Shown here one piece after another: positions 11,528 through 24,096 of a stretch of 64,000 bases of DNA. A program made the position numbers and the translations under genes. Positions within the stretch are counted from its first letter, which is position 1; every line of letters starts with the position of its first letter. The DNA is from Perkinsus chesapeaki ATCC PRA-425 (Eukaryota; Protista; Perkinsozoa), in assembly GCA_013115145.1 (NCBI GenBank), contig JAAPAO010000137.1, positions 1-64,000 on the forward strand, given 5' to 3'. The notes beneath the pieces were generated by a model. It was not told the origin of the DNA. It saw only the letters and a program-made list of their open reading frames with translations, and did no database searches.

Positions 11528-12290
11528 TGCTGAAACTACAGCATTCGTGGATCAGCGAGCTTGATGAAATTGAGCACAGCTTCAGCACCATTCGGAGCTC
11601 CTAAACCACTGCCAGACGTGAATACTTTACATTTGATTTTTGCACAATATTGCAGTAATGCTCGTCTGACGGATGATGATGTTTCCGTAAGCGAATGAGT
11701 CGATGACTTGCTTAATCATAGGCGGACATGGGCACGCATGAGACTATCACAATATAAGTTTTACTTCGAAGTTAAAATAGGTTCAAATTTACGACAAAAA
11801 CTGTTTGTCATAGCAACACCGTCATCGAGATGCGGTTTCAGATTGCAACGGGTGGGTATGGCAGCCATCAAAGGGGTCATGCTGGATTGTAAGGGGATCG
11901 GGGAAAGTATGGTATGGATATAATGCAACTACAGAAGATACTGGAGTAGTTATGGTCCCAACACCAGACAGAATCGCAGGTAGGGGAAGAGAGATTCTTG
12001 CGCGCCAAGAAATCTTGGCCATTTACCAGTGATTTTTTCGTATCTTTCGATCTAGTCAGATGCATGCAGCAAGCTTTGATTCCTTCGTCAGGATTCGCCA
12101 CGGCAACTTCGATGCCGGTATTACTGGAAGGAGTATCCATAATTGATGTTCTTAATTACCAGCAGCCAAACGGTCTTGGTGTAATCGATTACGTGATCGA
12201 TTTGCTACCAAAAGCTATTGTCAGGTGATTCTCGGAGTTGGCAGAGGCGAATTTGTGATGAAACTGTTGAGTGATTGGGCGAACACAGCA
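11528..12290 (+). CDS. Probable multi-exon hypothetical gene (partial model)
   Basis: Several short open segments bounded by AG/GT (e.g. VRCMQQALIPSSGFATATSMPVLLEGVSIIDVLNYQQPNGLGVIDYVIDLLPKAIVR); no recognisable domain. Confidence 0.25.
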
Positions 12291-12304
12291 GGTAGGGGGA
12301 GGGG

Positions 12305-12707
12305 GGTAATAGTCAAGGAGATAGACCTGCATTATATAAATGGTGTAATAGTCAAGGAGATAGACCTGCATTATATAAATGGTGTAATAGTCAAGGAGAT
12401 AGACCTGCATTATATAAATGGGGTAATAGTCAAGGAGATAGACCTGCATTATATAAATGGTGTAATAGTCAAGGAGATAGACCTGCATTATATAAATNNN
12501 NNNNNNNNNNNNNNNNNNNNNNNNNNNNNNNNNNNNNNNNNNNNNNNNNNNNNNNNNNNNNNNNNNNNNNNNNNNNNNNNNNNNNNNNNNNNNNNTAGTC
12601 AAGGAGATAGACCTGCATTATATAAATGGTGTAATAGTCAAGGAGATAGACCTGCATTATATAAATGGTGTAATAGTCAAGGAGATAGACCTGCATTATA
12701 TAAATGG
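12305..12707. repeat. 39-bp minisatellite spanning an assembly gap (N run 12498-12595)
   Basis: Unit gtaatagtcaaggagatagacctgcattatataaatggt is repeated on both sides of the N run; true copy number is unknown. Confidence 0.95.
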
Positions 12708-13062
12708 GCTCGTACCTTGGATCAGATACAGTGAGTGTCTCATCGCTTAAATTTCTACCACGTTTTCACCGTGCATTCATCATGAATAGTGAAAGTTCCA
12801 GCAGGATTGATCCGTAAACACTCTACTTGAGCGGTTCAAGCAACTTAGGGCAAACCGTTTCGAGTGGGTTGATGATGATGTTATACATTAAATTAAGCAC
12901 TACTTGACTGCTGTGAAGTTACTACAGCAACATGGGATCGATGTTATATAATACAACATGGTTCTTTTCAAGTGAGTCTGAAAATAACAGTAGCTACTTT
13001 AATGGTAGCTACTAAACTAACGAAGTAGGTAGGTCTAGCAAGCGACCAAGTACTTAATGAAC

Positions 13063-14745
13063 CTAGTTAACGCACGTATTCGGCCAGCTGGCGAGGGCCA
13101 GACGAATCGTCGGGCGGTGCAGTATATTGCAGAAACCTGAAAGTTCCAGCGGCAGCTGCTCGCACGCTACTACTGAGTTGCTGGCTTCACCTCGACCATG
13201 TTTAACGTTTGGATCCCTGAATATCCTAACATAACCTCCTTCGCCCCAGACAGTTCCCCAACTATTTCTAAGCTTCCAGTAACTAATGTAGCATAGAAGC
13301 AAGAAATACAGTTATCCAACTAGAGCTTATTCCACATGGCTGCTCACCTCACGCCGTTTTCCGTCCCATATCCAACCAAGAGCATAGTGTGATTTGGATT
13401 CCCATCACATTTGAAACCTACAACGCTTAGTCGACGATGACTGTGAGGATGTTCCTGCTGCTTCTCACCTTGCAGAATGCCACCGCCGTACGATTGCCAT
13501 TCATCTGGCTCAACATTGATATCTACAGATATTGGACCCACTTGCAGTTGGGCAAAAAGTACATCAAGCTGAGATTGCCGTATTACAACGGAATGCCTCT
13601 CATCTATGCAGTCTTTCTGCCATAGTTTCGCATAATGAAGATAACTCAGCTGTACGGCATACCTTCAAGCACTGCTTAGTCACGACGGTTATGACCGCCT
13701 TGCATTTTCCTTCTACTTCGGTGTAGGGGTACAGTTGGTCGGGAACGATCCCCTTATTTTGTACGTAGTCAAAGACGCCAAAAATCCAGCCACCGTTACA
13801 TCCCCTGAGAGTCATTAGTGCGGCGGAGACAACCGCCCAGTGTTGGCATGCAGAAACTCACTCGGTTCTGTATGCTCGGCCGCAATCGATGACCTGCTGC
13901 ACCGAGAATTGCGCTAAGGTCCCAGTCTGGATTTTAAAGGCTCCCTCTAGTGCACCTGAGTAGTAACGTTGTAAGGCAGACATTTGATAATGTTACTCTT
14001 CTGAAAGGGGAGATTATTACCTAAAGCTGATAGTGCGTAGCAGCTAACACAGTTCCCTTGGTGAATAGGTGGGTTAACTGCTCCCTCTGCAACCCAGTCA
14101 AGGGATGCCGGAGCTTTCAGATGCCTCGGTCCTGGGATTGTTTGCGACGTGATTTGTCTGTCTTCGGTCGGGTAAGCTGGCGCTCATTTCACTGCCATGA
14201 GAATCTCAACGTGATAAGATTCTGTCACCCGAGGGGTCGGAATCGGGCGGACTGCATGTGTTGACGGTCATGAACTCGTCCTTGGTCATGGCAGTGAACT
14301 CGTTCACTGCTAGCCAATAGGTGAGATCTGGAATCATAATAATGATAATGATTAGGATGATAGTTTAACTAACGGTGCTATCTAAGCACGATTAACCTAA
14401 TTAGGTTACAGCTTTATCTTCCGCATTCATTCCACATTGTCTTCATCCGAAACTGTTTATATCATTTCTGAGGCCTACTTTTCTTGTTAGTTTCCTCAAT
14501 GAATGCCAAGTTCCTCTTGAACTCGCTAAACTTCCGTTCGTCCTCCTTAAGGTTCAAGGACCGTACCGAGTACCTACAGTCGGAAAGGCTCAAGTATGGG
14601 CTAATTCGTCATGGTTTCACCTATCCTTAAACTCTGCATACTTGTGACGAATAGGCAGGAGCGAAGCAGCCTCTTCCATACCTACAGTCCCACTTGCGGT
14701 AAATGAGGATAGAGCTACAATGAATACTAGTTTGGTTGCGGTCAT
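13063..14745 (-). CDS. Papain-family (C1A) cathepsin L-like cysteine protease with signal peptide and propeptide; multi-exon
   Basis: Signal [19 protein letters not shown]; ERFNIN-like [20 protein letters not shown]; AVNEFTAMT; SLDW; catalytic [11 protein letters not shown]; GCNGG; [10 protein letters not shown]; YWKLRNSWG. Confidence 0.9.
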
Positions 14746-15616
14746 CGAAGTCAACTGCGGAGTGCCCGAAACCTACAAGAGCTCAGACCATTGCTCCCGC
14801 CGATAGTCACCCTTGGACTTGCTTTCCGACTTGTTCTCATACACCCTCGAAGCTAGTTTAGCTTTCTGAACCTCTTCCCGGCCTTTTTTCACCGCACGCA
14901 GTGCACGTCGTGTTCTCGCTCCAGGCTGAACGGCTTCCTTCACGAATATGCGAAACCGACGATCCTTCCTCTTCACTTAGTCGTGTCGCTCTAAGCGACT
15001 CCCCCATCACTCCTTCAAGACGGTTTGGAGGTTAAGTTATTAGAGTCGAACAATGCCAGAGAACTTCGCGTCGCACCCTGCCCGAAAAGAGCTGGGTGGG
15101 CAGCTTCTTCTCCTGGCAGCAGAAAGATGGACCGAAATTACCGAAATTCAACGAAGGCGAGTCGAGTCGACATTCGTCTGACGTCACGCCGAACTCGGAC
15201 CGGTTTTTGGCATGTCAGATATGCCATATCTTCCCGGAAACGCCCGTTGTGCCACAACAGTCGTGGGCAGAGTTATGAGTATCGTACCAAACGACAGCTT
15301 AATAGCTATAAGTATGGTGCATAGTCTCGCAGAGGCTCTGCGGCAGAGCTCCTTCACCTGGTGGTTGATTCATATGCCATATATCACTCTTTTGTGACCC
15401 TTCGATAGATTCCTCCATTATGAAAAGCGACGGCTCAACTATTCCTCTAAGCTGCTCGTGGATAATTCTGAACGCGCGCTAACTTTTCCGCCACAAATCC
15501 GACGGCGTGAAAGAAGAAGGGCAGACTGCGCTGCTTCTCCTAAAGATGTGACATAATCCGCATCGTGGAGCTGGTATACTTCGTGCGAGTGGCCAGCTCT
15601 CCGTTGTTGCTTTAAG

Positions 15617-17014
15617 CAGTGTGTGCAAATTTGTTATGCAAATTGCCAAACTTTAGTTATCTCTCACCGTGGAGCGGCTTGAGATTCCTGAGTTGGAAGT
15701 TTTATGTCTTTTTACAAGGGGAAATCGATGAGATATCGATCAACCGTTTCATGAGCCGTTTCATTGTTATATTTGGCACACGGTCATTTTAGCGCGCGCC
15801 CAGAGTGCGATTTTGTTATGCAACTGCCACGGAAAATGTGATATATCCCTCGTAAAGTGAAGCGGTACCTCCAAAACAGTTCAGATATCTCTAGACGGTC
15901 CTTAGGCACCTTGATACAGGTCAAACGACAGATATATGCTTTAAAATTGATTGGCACTGCGAGCTTTCGTCAGTCATCACTTTTGAGAGTATATCAGCTA
16001 TATTATGGCTTTGCCCAGCGATTGGGAGACATGGTTTGCTTCTCTGAGCACCACATAGCATAGTTGTCAAGAGTATGTTGGGAATATGGTGTGCAACTTG
16101 ATCATGTGCCAGTTTTTAGACACGAAGGAAATGAGTAACATAGTTTGCATGCTAGTTTCGGAGATAGGTTCAACAAGTAATGTGGCCCTGATAGTAGCGC
16201 CGAGTTGGGCGTCTCCCACGGTTTCCAGAAGTATCTGATTCTCTTACTTCTTCGTAGAGACGATGACTCTGTGGCGCTAGGATTACCCCACGCGCGCGCG
16301 AACGTCCACTTAAGGTGTAAAAACCAGGTTTTCGGAGAAATCGAAATTCGAAGTACGGGTTTGAGGAACCCAGGACGAATTGAATCGTGACCTTCATATG
16401 AGATGAAACCTAATGAGATGGAGATTCCCGCGATGATGCGGAGACTAAATCGATCGACCGTTTCGTTGATGAAACGGCTGGTCAGCCGCCTATACTATGG
16501 AAGCTTTCTCGCATTTGAGCTTGTTCAGCCATGTGCTTATGAAAGCGAAGGCAAAGAATTTTTCGCTGGTCTCCGGTCATAAGGTATTGAACCGGTGTTG
16601 GACCCAACATATGAGAGTTCGAGTGAAAATGAGCTACCAAGTGAAAAATGTTACAGTCTGCCCTGGCACAGTCCCAGCAGGCGTTTAGCATCCTAGAAAT
16701 GAGTTAGTGGTGCATTCTCTGGTAGGATATCTCATTTAGGATACTCTGGGCAGGATGCAGGATATTGAACTGGCTATCCATGAAGTGTATAACCTACTTC
16801 GTGGCAGTTGCATAACCAAATCGCACGCTGGGCGCGCGCGAAAATGACCGTGTGCCAAATATGACAATGAAACGGCCCATGAAACGGTTGATCGATATCT
16901 CATCGATTTCCCCTAGTGAAAATACATATACCATCTAAGTTTGGCATCTCAAGCCGCCCTACGGCGAGAGATAACTAAAATTTGGCAACTTGCATAACAA
17001 ATTTGCACACACTG
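15617..17014. mobile_element. Non-autonomous DNA-transposon-like element (~1.4 kb) with ~215-bp terminal inverted repeats
   Basis: 15617-15831 is the reverse complement, with scattered mismatches, of 16800-17014. Termini are CAGTGTGTGCAAATTTGTTATGCAA. TA follows the right end. No transposase ORF seen. Confidence 0.85.
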
Positions 17015-20000
17015 TAGAGCCCTCAGGGTGGAAGCGTCACGCTCTCGAACAGCACGCTTTGAGCGCGCATTTCGAATCGAATAGGGAGCTTCAGAGTTTC
17101 GACTGCTTGGCAGCACATCTGTTCAACTGAGCAGTCAAAGCTGCACTGTAATGCATACTTCAGGCGTCTACCTCGTGGACCCTTACATTCATATATGGCA
17201 AGGCTATACAGATCCACGAAACAATTTGAATGACAGAGATCATCAATTAAGGTCTGTCATCACATGGAATCATCATACCGATTATGACTTATTCAGATTC
17301 GAACAGCTCCGGAATGATCTCCATTACTCCTCAGTGCCCGATTGGAAATACACTTTTATAAGGTGGGGAACGTGCAAGGCATATCTTCCTGATACCTTAT
17401 TGGCAATCCTCACAGCAATATTATAACAGGATTGCCGCATACAGCAAAAAGCATAAGTTCATTAAGTTGACGTTAATCACTCGGTCACTGCGAGTGACTC
17501 ACTGGCGTAGACTCGATCCGCTGTACACTGTCTGACTATCTACGCCCATGCGAAATAGGCATTGTTTTCTTGCATCTGTGAAACTTTCACGAGGTGACTT
17601 CGTCGACCTTCGCCAGCTCCTCTATTAAGTTGTGAGCATCAACGAGTGCAACCTTACTCTATGAAGCCCAATCATGTTTTTAGTAGAAACTTTTCACCTA
17701 TCTCAGAGATTTCTCCTTCTCTTTCGGTCCGTGGTGGATAGGCAAGGAAGACCTCCCTCGACCGACATTCATGTAACAGTGGGTGTTGTGAAAGCTTGTA
17801 ATTATCTAATCTGCTGTGCAACGTCTTGTCCTCATTGATATATCTCGTGTGTCTCAGTGTGAAAGATTTTGGTAGCTCAAAGCGAAAAAGCGTTGTAATT
17901 TCATCAATACGGTGACTAAGGTTTTGAAACTTCGAGGCAAGCGAGCTTTAAACATGACGGGCATAACTCCTTTGTGCAGCCAGCCTGGGTGTCAGTCGTC
18001 AACATACATCACGGTCGGTAGAAGGATATATTGCCTATTAGTTACGTTGATGGGAATCCCAGTTTTAAAGCTGTCCGTAGGGACTTGGATATATGGTGGC
18101 CAATACTCTCTACAGGAGGGATTATGGCAGGCACCTGCTACTGTAAGAATGCATTCGATAATATGGAAAGGGATCGCTGAAGCTTAATAGGCAGTGAAAT
18201 TCATCCCTCATAATATGAGGCTCATATTACGAATAACGAATTTCACTTCCTTATTTCCAAGCTTTATTATGAAGTTCCGCATTTATGGTGGTAATCGACA
18301 CCACACAATTGAAGCCTTCACGAGCCAGCTGCGTTGCCACTAGTAAGGTAATCCTGTATTTTGGATTTATAATCCTCTCGAAGTTCACTGTAACTGGGTT
18401 ACTTCAAGGCGGCTTAGGCGTTCAGCCCAGACAGACGTGTGATAGGTTCAAGAATCATTGAACTTTCGACACATTATAACTCATAATTATTAATACTATC
18501 CGGGTAAGACTTTCTACAAGAGGCTCCTGGTAGGAATCTCTTCCCCGCCGGACTTCCCATCTTGACATTCACTGGGCCTGAAGGACGCCCAAGACCGATG
18601 CTAGGCAATCGGATGCTGCCAGTGCGACTACCAGGGCTATTGTGTGCCTATTTGCTAATTCACTATATTCCTCGAGCTGGGCGTACTGCAATCTGACTGT
18701 GTCACGTCGCCTATGTGCTCATCGCAGCCTCCAAAATTTTCAGGAAACGATGTAGGAATTTACTTTATGAATAAGAATCTCAGGCAGATATACTGTAAAC
18801 AATCATTAGTTCACACTCATCCTAGTTTGCTATAATTTTGGTTTGGTCTACCACGAGCCTTCCGGTTGACAGCGTCTGTGAAAATCAAGCAAATCCTCGC
18901 AAATCTCAGAGACTCTCTTGCTATATATTCTAGTTGACTTTTTAGTTGATAGCGGAGAATCAGAGAAGCCCGTTGGAGTTGAGTCGGCTCTTGCGGAATT
19001 TCTTATGGAACGTTCTCTTGATAATGTCAATGTGTTCCTCCTTTCCCATCCCAGTCAACGTTCAGAGTGTCACGGTGCATATGACTGGGCCATTTTCAAG
19101 CCCATTGTGTCTGAGACTGACATGGCATGAGCTGTTAGCACGCATGTACATGGCTGAGTTTCAACTATCTGAATCGTTTTTGGTTTGTTAGTCAAAGTAT
19201 TAACTTGTAGCAAATGTGAAGAATTTTCTATCCGTCTGGACTTCACGTCGCGAGACAGCTTTACCACCATCCCTCCTTGAACTGCCCCATTGTTGGAGTT
19301 TTCGGGTTTTCTAGGAGAAAGTTACTTCGTACGAAATATGCGAAGTCCGCGAAACTGAATCAGACATTTTCGTGGAACAACTCCCACTTGAAGCTGTTAA
19401 CCGCGGTATTGTGCTTCTACGCTCGGTGGCCCAAGTCTATGCTTTCTCTTACTTTTTGTGATTCACGTATTGTCGATACCATATTGTCTTTCTTTCTCTT
19501 TAGACTAGCAGTTGCTGTATCATCACTCTTTCGCTCAGTCGCTCTACTGGTATGATGAGCACCCTCTGCTGTGGATGGATACCGGAATACTATCCAAGCA
19601 AATTTTTCTCACAATCGTTGATAATTGGTATATTCGATTTTGAAGTGTTAATCACTATAATAACGATAGTTCGCTCTCCGACTTTTGTTGAGTTGTTACT
19701 GTTAACCGACGCCAGTTCGAGTCGGCTGGGAAGCTCCATATCTAGGCCAGCAACCAGTGGTTGCTTGTGCTCGTATGGATACCAAGTTTATAGGCTGACG
19801 AGCGTCCATGTTGAGCTAAGATTCGATTGTTGCACAACAGCATGGTTGTCCCAACGAACACTACCACTCATGGGTGGTGCAGTAACCCCAGCAATCGCAT
19901 ACACACTTCCATTACAGGATCTATCCCAGTTGAAGATGAGAACACGATCAGATTTAAAATCGATGTTACGTGAGTCGTTAGCTGTATGACGCACTGAATT

Positions 20001-21137
20001 GCTGATAGATATGACTCCCTTTCGTGGACAGTCTATCGTCGATTCTCCGAATTCGACTCCCTCATCACAGAGGTATAGTCTCATCAGATTAAGGGAACAA
20101 ATATAGAGAATTATCAGTTATCTGGTTGTGGACTGGCATGCCTCCCAGCGCTGCCGCCGAAGACGCTAATAAAAGCACCAACTGCTAGCTCGGACGCTAC
20201 AAGTACCTAACTGTTATAGGCAGCCCTTGCTCTAGCTCGAGTGCTAGAACCTGTCCGCATGCTTCACTGCACATCGCCGTGCTTGGTTACGGTTTCGATG
20301 TCTCCTAGTGCGAGTAGCACTAACAGGCTAGTACTTCCAGGAAGCGTTGCTTCCCCAATGAAACATAATAGAATTTTTCCCAACTATAGAAGAGCCATGA
20401 AACTCGAACAGTCAAAAGCAAAAGTGGCTATAGTAATATCTAATATTTCACCTGGGCCCTTCACTATGGCAGCAGCGGGACTAGCAGATTGTTATAGTAA
20501 TGTACAGCGCCGATCACTAGTCCATTGGCAGTTGGATGAATAATAATTATTGCATATCCTGCTCTGGCAGGATGACTGAGTCTGGAATTTAAGGCAGAAA
20601 ACTCTCGATAAGAATACGTTGTCAATCAGGGAATCGAACTCACGCTCTCCACATCCTCCTGCGCCGGCTCCTACAAAGACCTGATACTCGCTCCAGCACT
20701 CCGCTGCTCAGGTGAGCATGTCCTCAAACTAGATAAAACTTATTCACTGAGAACTCCTGGGGAGGATTAGGAAATCATCGGTTCAATATCGCCAACTCGT
20801 CCCCATGTACCCATACGATGAGCGTCCTTAGTGCTCCTTCTAAGAACAATCGATAATTCTGTAGGTCCCGCTTTGTAGATGCTTCACCGAATTTCTTTGG
20901 AGGAAGGGCCCCACAATCCACAATGGCGATAAGTTGATAATCATACCGTTCAGGACTTCGAAACGGTTGAATCGAGAGTGTTAGCCGTTACCTTGTAATT
21001 GTTTCATTCACTCGCTCGAACTAAGAGTCGATTTCAAAGAACAAATTCGAGTTCAGTCAGTAATTCAGCAAAGATCTCATTATCGTCAGATTTATAGAGT
21101 TTGAAAAACACACTGACATCACCCATAACATACCGTT

Positions 21138-23624
21138 GCAGATGAAAGCTGATGGGCAATCTCATTCCAGGCTTGACGACCCAAGGCAGTGCCAGGCTCT
21201 CTCGGCTACATGCATCATTAGTGTCAGATTCGCTGTTAGCTGCATACAAGTGAACTCCACTGGAACAGTTGTAATTGTTGCTCATGAGGTTGGACAACTT
21301 CAACTGCCAGTAGCCTCTCACTTGCGCCACAGGACGCCACGGCGATGGCGCGACTTGGTCGTGTGTGGTCGATTGTGGAACCGGATGAACTTGGTGCAGT
21401 AAATGTGTATCATAGAGTCATAACGGAGACAACTGATGATAGTGAAGAAAGCAAAAGAGAATCTTCAGAGAAGTCGGCGCGATTCTTCCGACCCTAGGGA
21501 GCTCCTTCCTCAGATGGAAGTGCATTATGCGCGAGACCTTTCCCATGAAGATCAGAGCAGTTTCGATTATCGAGCCGTCGAGACAGTTTGTTATCGGTGC
21601 GCGTCAGGGCAGGACGCCTCGGTCTCTAGTAACGCTGTAGGCACCGAGACAGGGGCTATAATAGGATACTCGTTACCTACCAAGCAACAGCCGCAACCTA
21701 AACTACTATGGAAGTTGGACGCTCATGGCCCACATCCTGTCACTGGGCTAGCGGCACTTGGTGATGGCAACAGGCTTGTCACAATTGGTCTTGATAATGC
21801 CGTAAGTTACATTATGGCATACTTTAACAAATAGTTCCTTGAGTTTGACGAAAAGAATCTTCATCAGTCGGGCCAGCTTATTGATTGTCCTCTTTGAAGT
21901 TCTCGAAAGAGTGTCTTGGCCAACAACAGGATTGATGGAGGAAGATTGTCGTGCCTTTCATTAGCGCTTTAACGATGACTGTCATTACGCCTACTTTGAT
22001 ATCGGACACGCAACTTTCCTGTTACATCTCCCAAAGCTCGTCGGTGCTCCTAATCGGTAACGTATTTACTGGCCGCAGATTGCCACACACCAGTCGGACT
22101 CGATAGCTCCAATGTTCCCTTCAAGGTTCGTATTATCGATGTCGTGATGAAACCGATACCAACCGGCGAGCTCTATTCGGGAGGAAGACTCACCAAACGA
22201 CTCAAGGGCTCATCGTACTTAACCTCCGTGGTAAGCTGGTGAACACTTCTTGATTCAATTGGAGCCGTTTTCCCAGGCATTAGACACTTACGGTCGAGCC
22301 TATATAGGAAGTAGCGGTGGAGACGTATTCATTTTTGATACGACAACCGCGCCGAGGCCGGCGTTCCTCCACCAGTTTGCCAGTCACGATGGGGCGGAGA
22401 TCACGGCCTTGGTGAGATTACTCTTGAGATCGCGTTTATATCTATGATGCTGTTGAAGCCACCTGCTACTGATCCAGTATTAGGCGACGTGGTCTCGAGC
22501 CACTGATCTGGCCAGATCGCAGAAACTGCTCAACGGACCGTTGACAACGGTGGATTGCTTCCGTCGAATTATACAACCTGTCATTCCTCTACTCACGAAT
22601 CATTTGCTACTTCTTGTGTCTCACTACTCGGTTCGTGCCTTGCCGTTTTTTTCTTCAGAACATCCCACGGTCTTCCTCATCGAGTCCGTCAGCTCTTATC
22701 TTTATAGCTCACGGTTCCACGGTGTCACTATACGATATACAGAACCAAGGCTACGAGAAGAGGATGACCAGATTGAAGAAGTATACCGCTGACCGCAGTT
22801 GGGTCTCCCGGTTGCTTTCGTCTTCTACTGCCAGTTCTGTCGTGTAATGTCTCATGTTTCCTGTAAAGGTTCGTCCCGCTGACTGATTACATTAAGGCAT
22901 CTTCTATGGGGAAAGTCACATGCTTATCGTTCAACAGCGAGAGGCGAATGCTTCTTGCTGGATACGCTTCGGGCGTTGTTGCAATGTGGAGCCTTAACGT
23001 CGGCGTAAGCATTCCTTGCCGCTTGCTGGAGGAATCTTTTGCGCAGCCGGAAGATTCCCCAAAGATGAGCACGGCTACCCTAGTGAGCCACCCCGATGTT
23101 GCTTCGGTTACGAGCTTGTTTTGGACTGAAGCTGATAAGATATTCACAGGAACCGATGAGGGGAGGGTGAAGGTAGGTATCACCCACTGCGTATGATGAT
23201 GATTTAAAGGGACAAGAGTTGGCGTGTTATGATACTTGTTGGATCGGGAAGGACTATATTCGACTAGCTGCTAAGCTCCTGGATAGCTGAAGAAAAACTA
23301 ACAGCTTTACAATCGACCAGCCGACAGAGAGTTCCCTGCCGGCAGGGCTTATGAGCAGCGTACAGGCTCGTTCCTTCCTTTGATGGTAGATTTGGACTCT
23401 AACTGGATGCACTGAAGATTACGAGCATGTGCCTGATATAGACGATGACCACAATGGCCGGAACACTGCTAGCGTCGAGGCTATTCAACACAATATGACA
23501 GAGTAAGATCCGATTCAACTGGAGCCATTCTCCTGTTAGCTCTACAATCTATTCTGGGCTGTTGGATGCTGCGCCAACGGAGACGGTGAAGGCTCGTAGC
23601 GATACCGATGAAGATGAATGGTGA
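21138..23624 (+). CDS. WD40-repeat protein, multi-exon; 5' end and family uncertain
   Basis: WD-like segments: LLWKLDAHGPHPVTGLAALGDGNRLVTIGLDNAV; AYIGSSGGDVFIFD; GKVTCLSFNSERRMLLAGYASGVVAMWSL; VTSLFWTEADKIFTGTDEGRVK. Confidence 0.6.
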
Positions 23625-24096
23625 GTCACTATTGGTGGTGATACCAATTGTTGTTTATGATGAGCATGTTAGTGGGGGTATTTGTCGCGTTAGTGGTTGT
23701 TGAGTTTAGTGTGCGCAATGCGATTCCACAATTGCATGAAGAATCAGCTACACTGCACACCGTCGGGTTGGCGAGGGAATTAACAATGCTGATAAGAGGT
23801 ATACAACACAACCTTTGACACGGAAAGACAGACAGCATGCTCGAAAATCGACCGAAGTTAGCTCCGCCCCAGAATCTTTCGCCTCGCCTCATCGAACCTC
23901 GCTCGCCACCGTCTCCTGGCAAACAGATTCCACATAATACTCAAAGTTAATAATACCGATCTTCGTCTTACCCGGACACTATAATGCAGAGAATAACCCT
24001 CCTCAGCTAGTCAACAGTGAACCACCGTGGTCAAGTCAACCACGGCATCATCGCATCGCTTTCTATGATATCGTGGCAGTTAAAAATTTCCAAGTG

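Noticed and set aside
12305-12707. 39-bp array as a CRISPR array, or the ORFs running through it (12189..12602, 12225..12734) as proteins
   Set aside because: Units are contiguous with no unique spacers, there are no cas genes and the context is eukaryotic. The frames are open only because the 39-bp unit is a multiple of 3 and lacks stops in those frames.
15832-16799. Transposase inside the TIR element
   Set aside because: Only short ORFs (75 aa or less) with no DDE/DDD or HTH motif that I could recognise
20621-20652. T-arm-like GTGGAGAGCGTGAGTTCGATTCCCTG on the minus strand as another tRNA relic
   Set aside because: Only about 7+7 matching bases, with no pairing stem or terminator; could be chance
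17015-21100. Short ORFs (e.g. 17151..17426, 18918..19130, 19788..20084) as genes
   Set aside because: No recognisable motifs and no consistent exon chain could be built by eye
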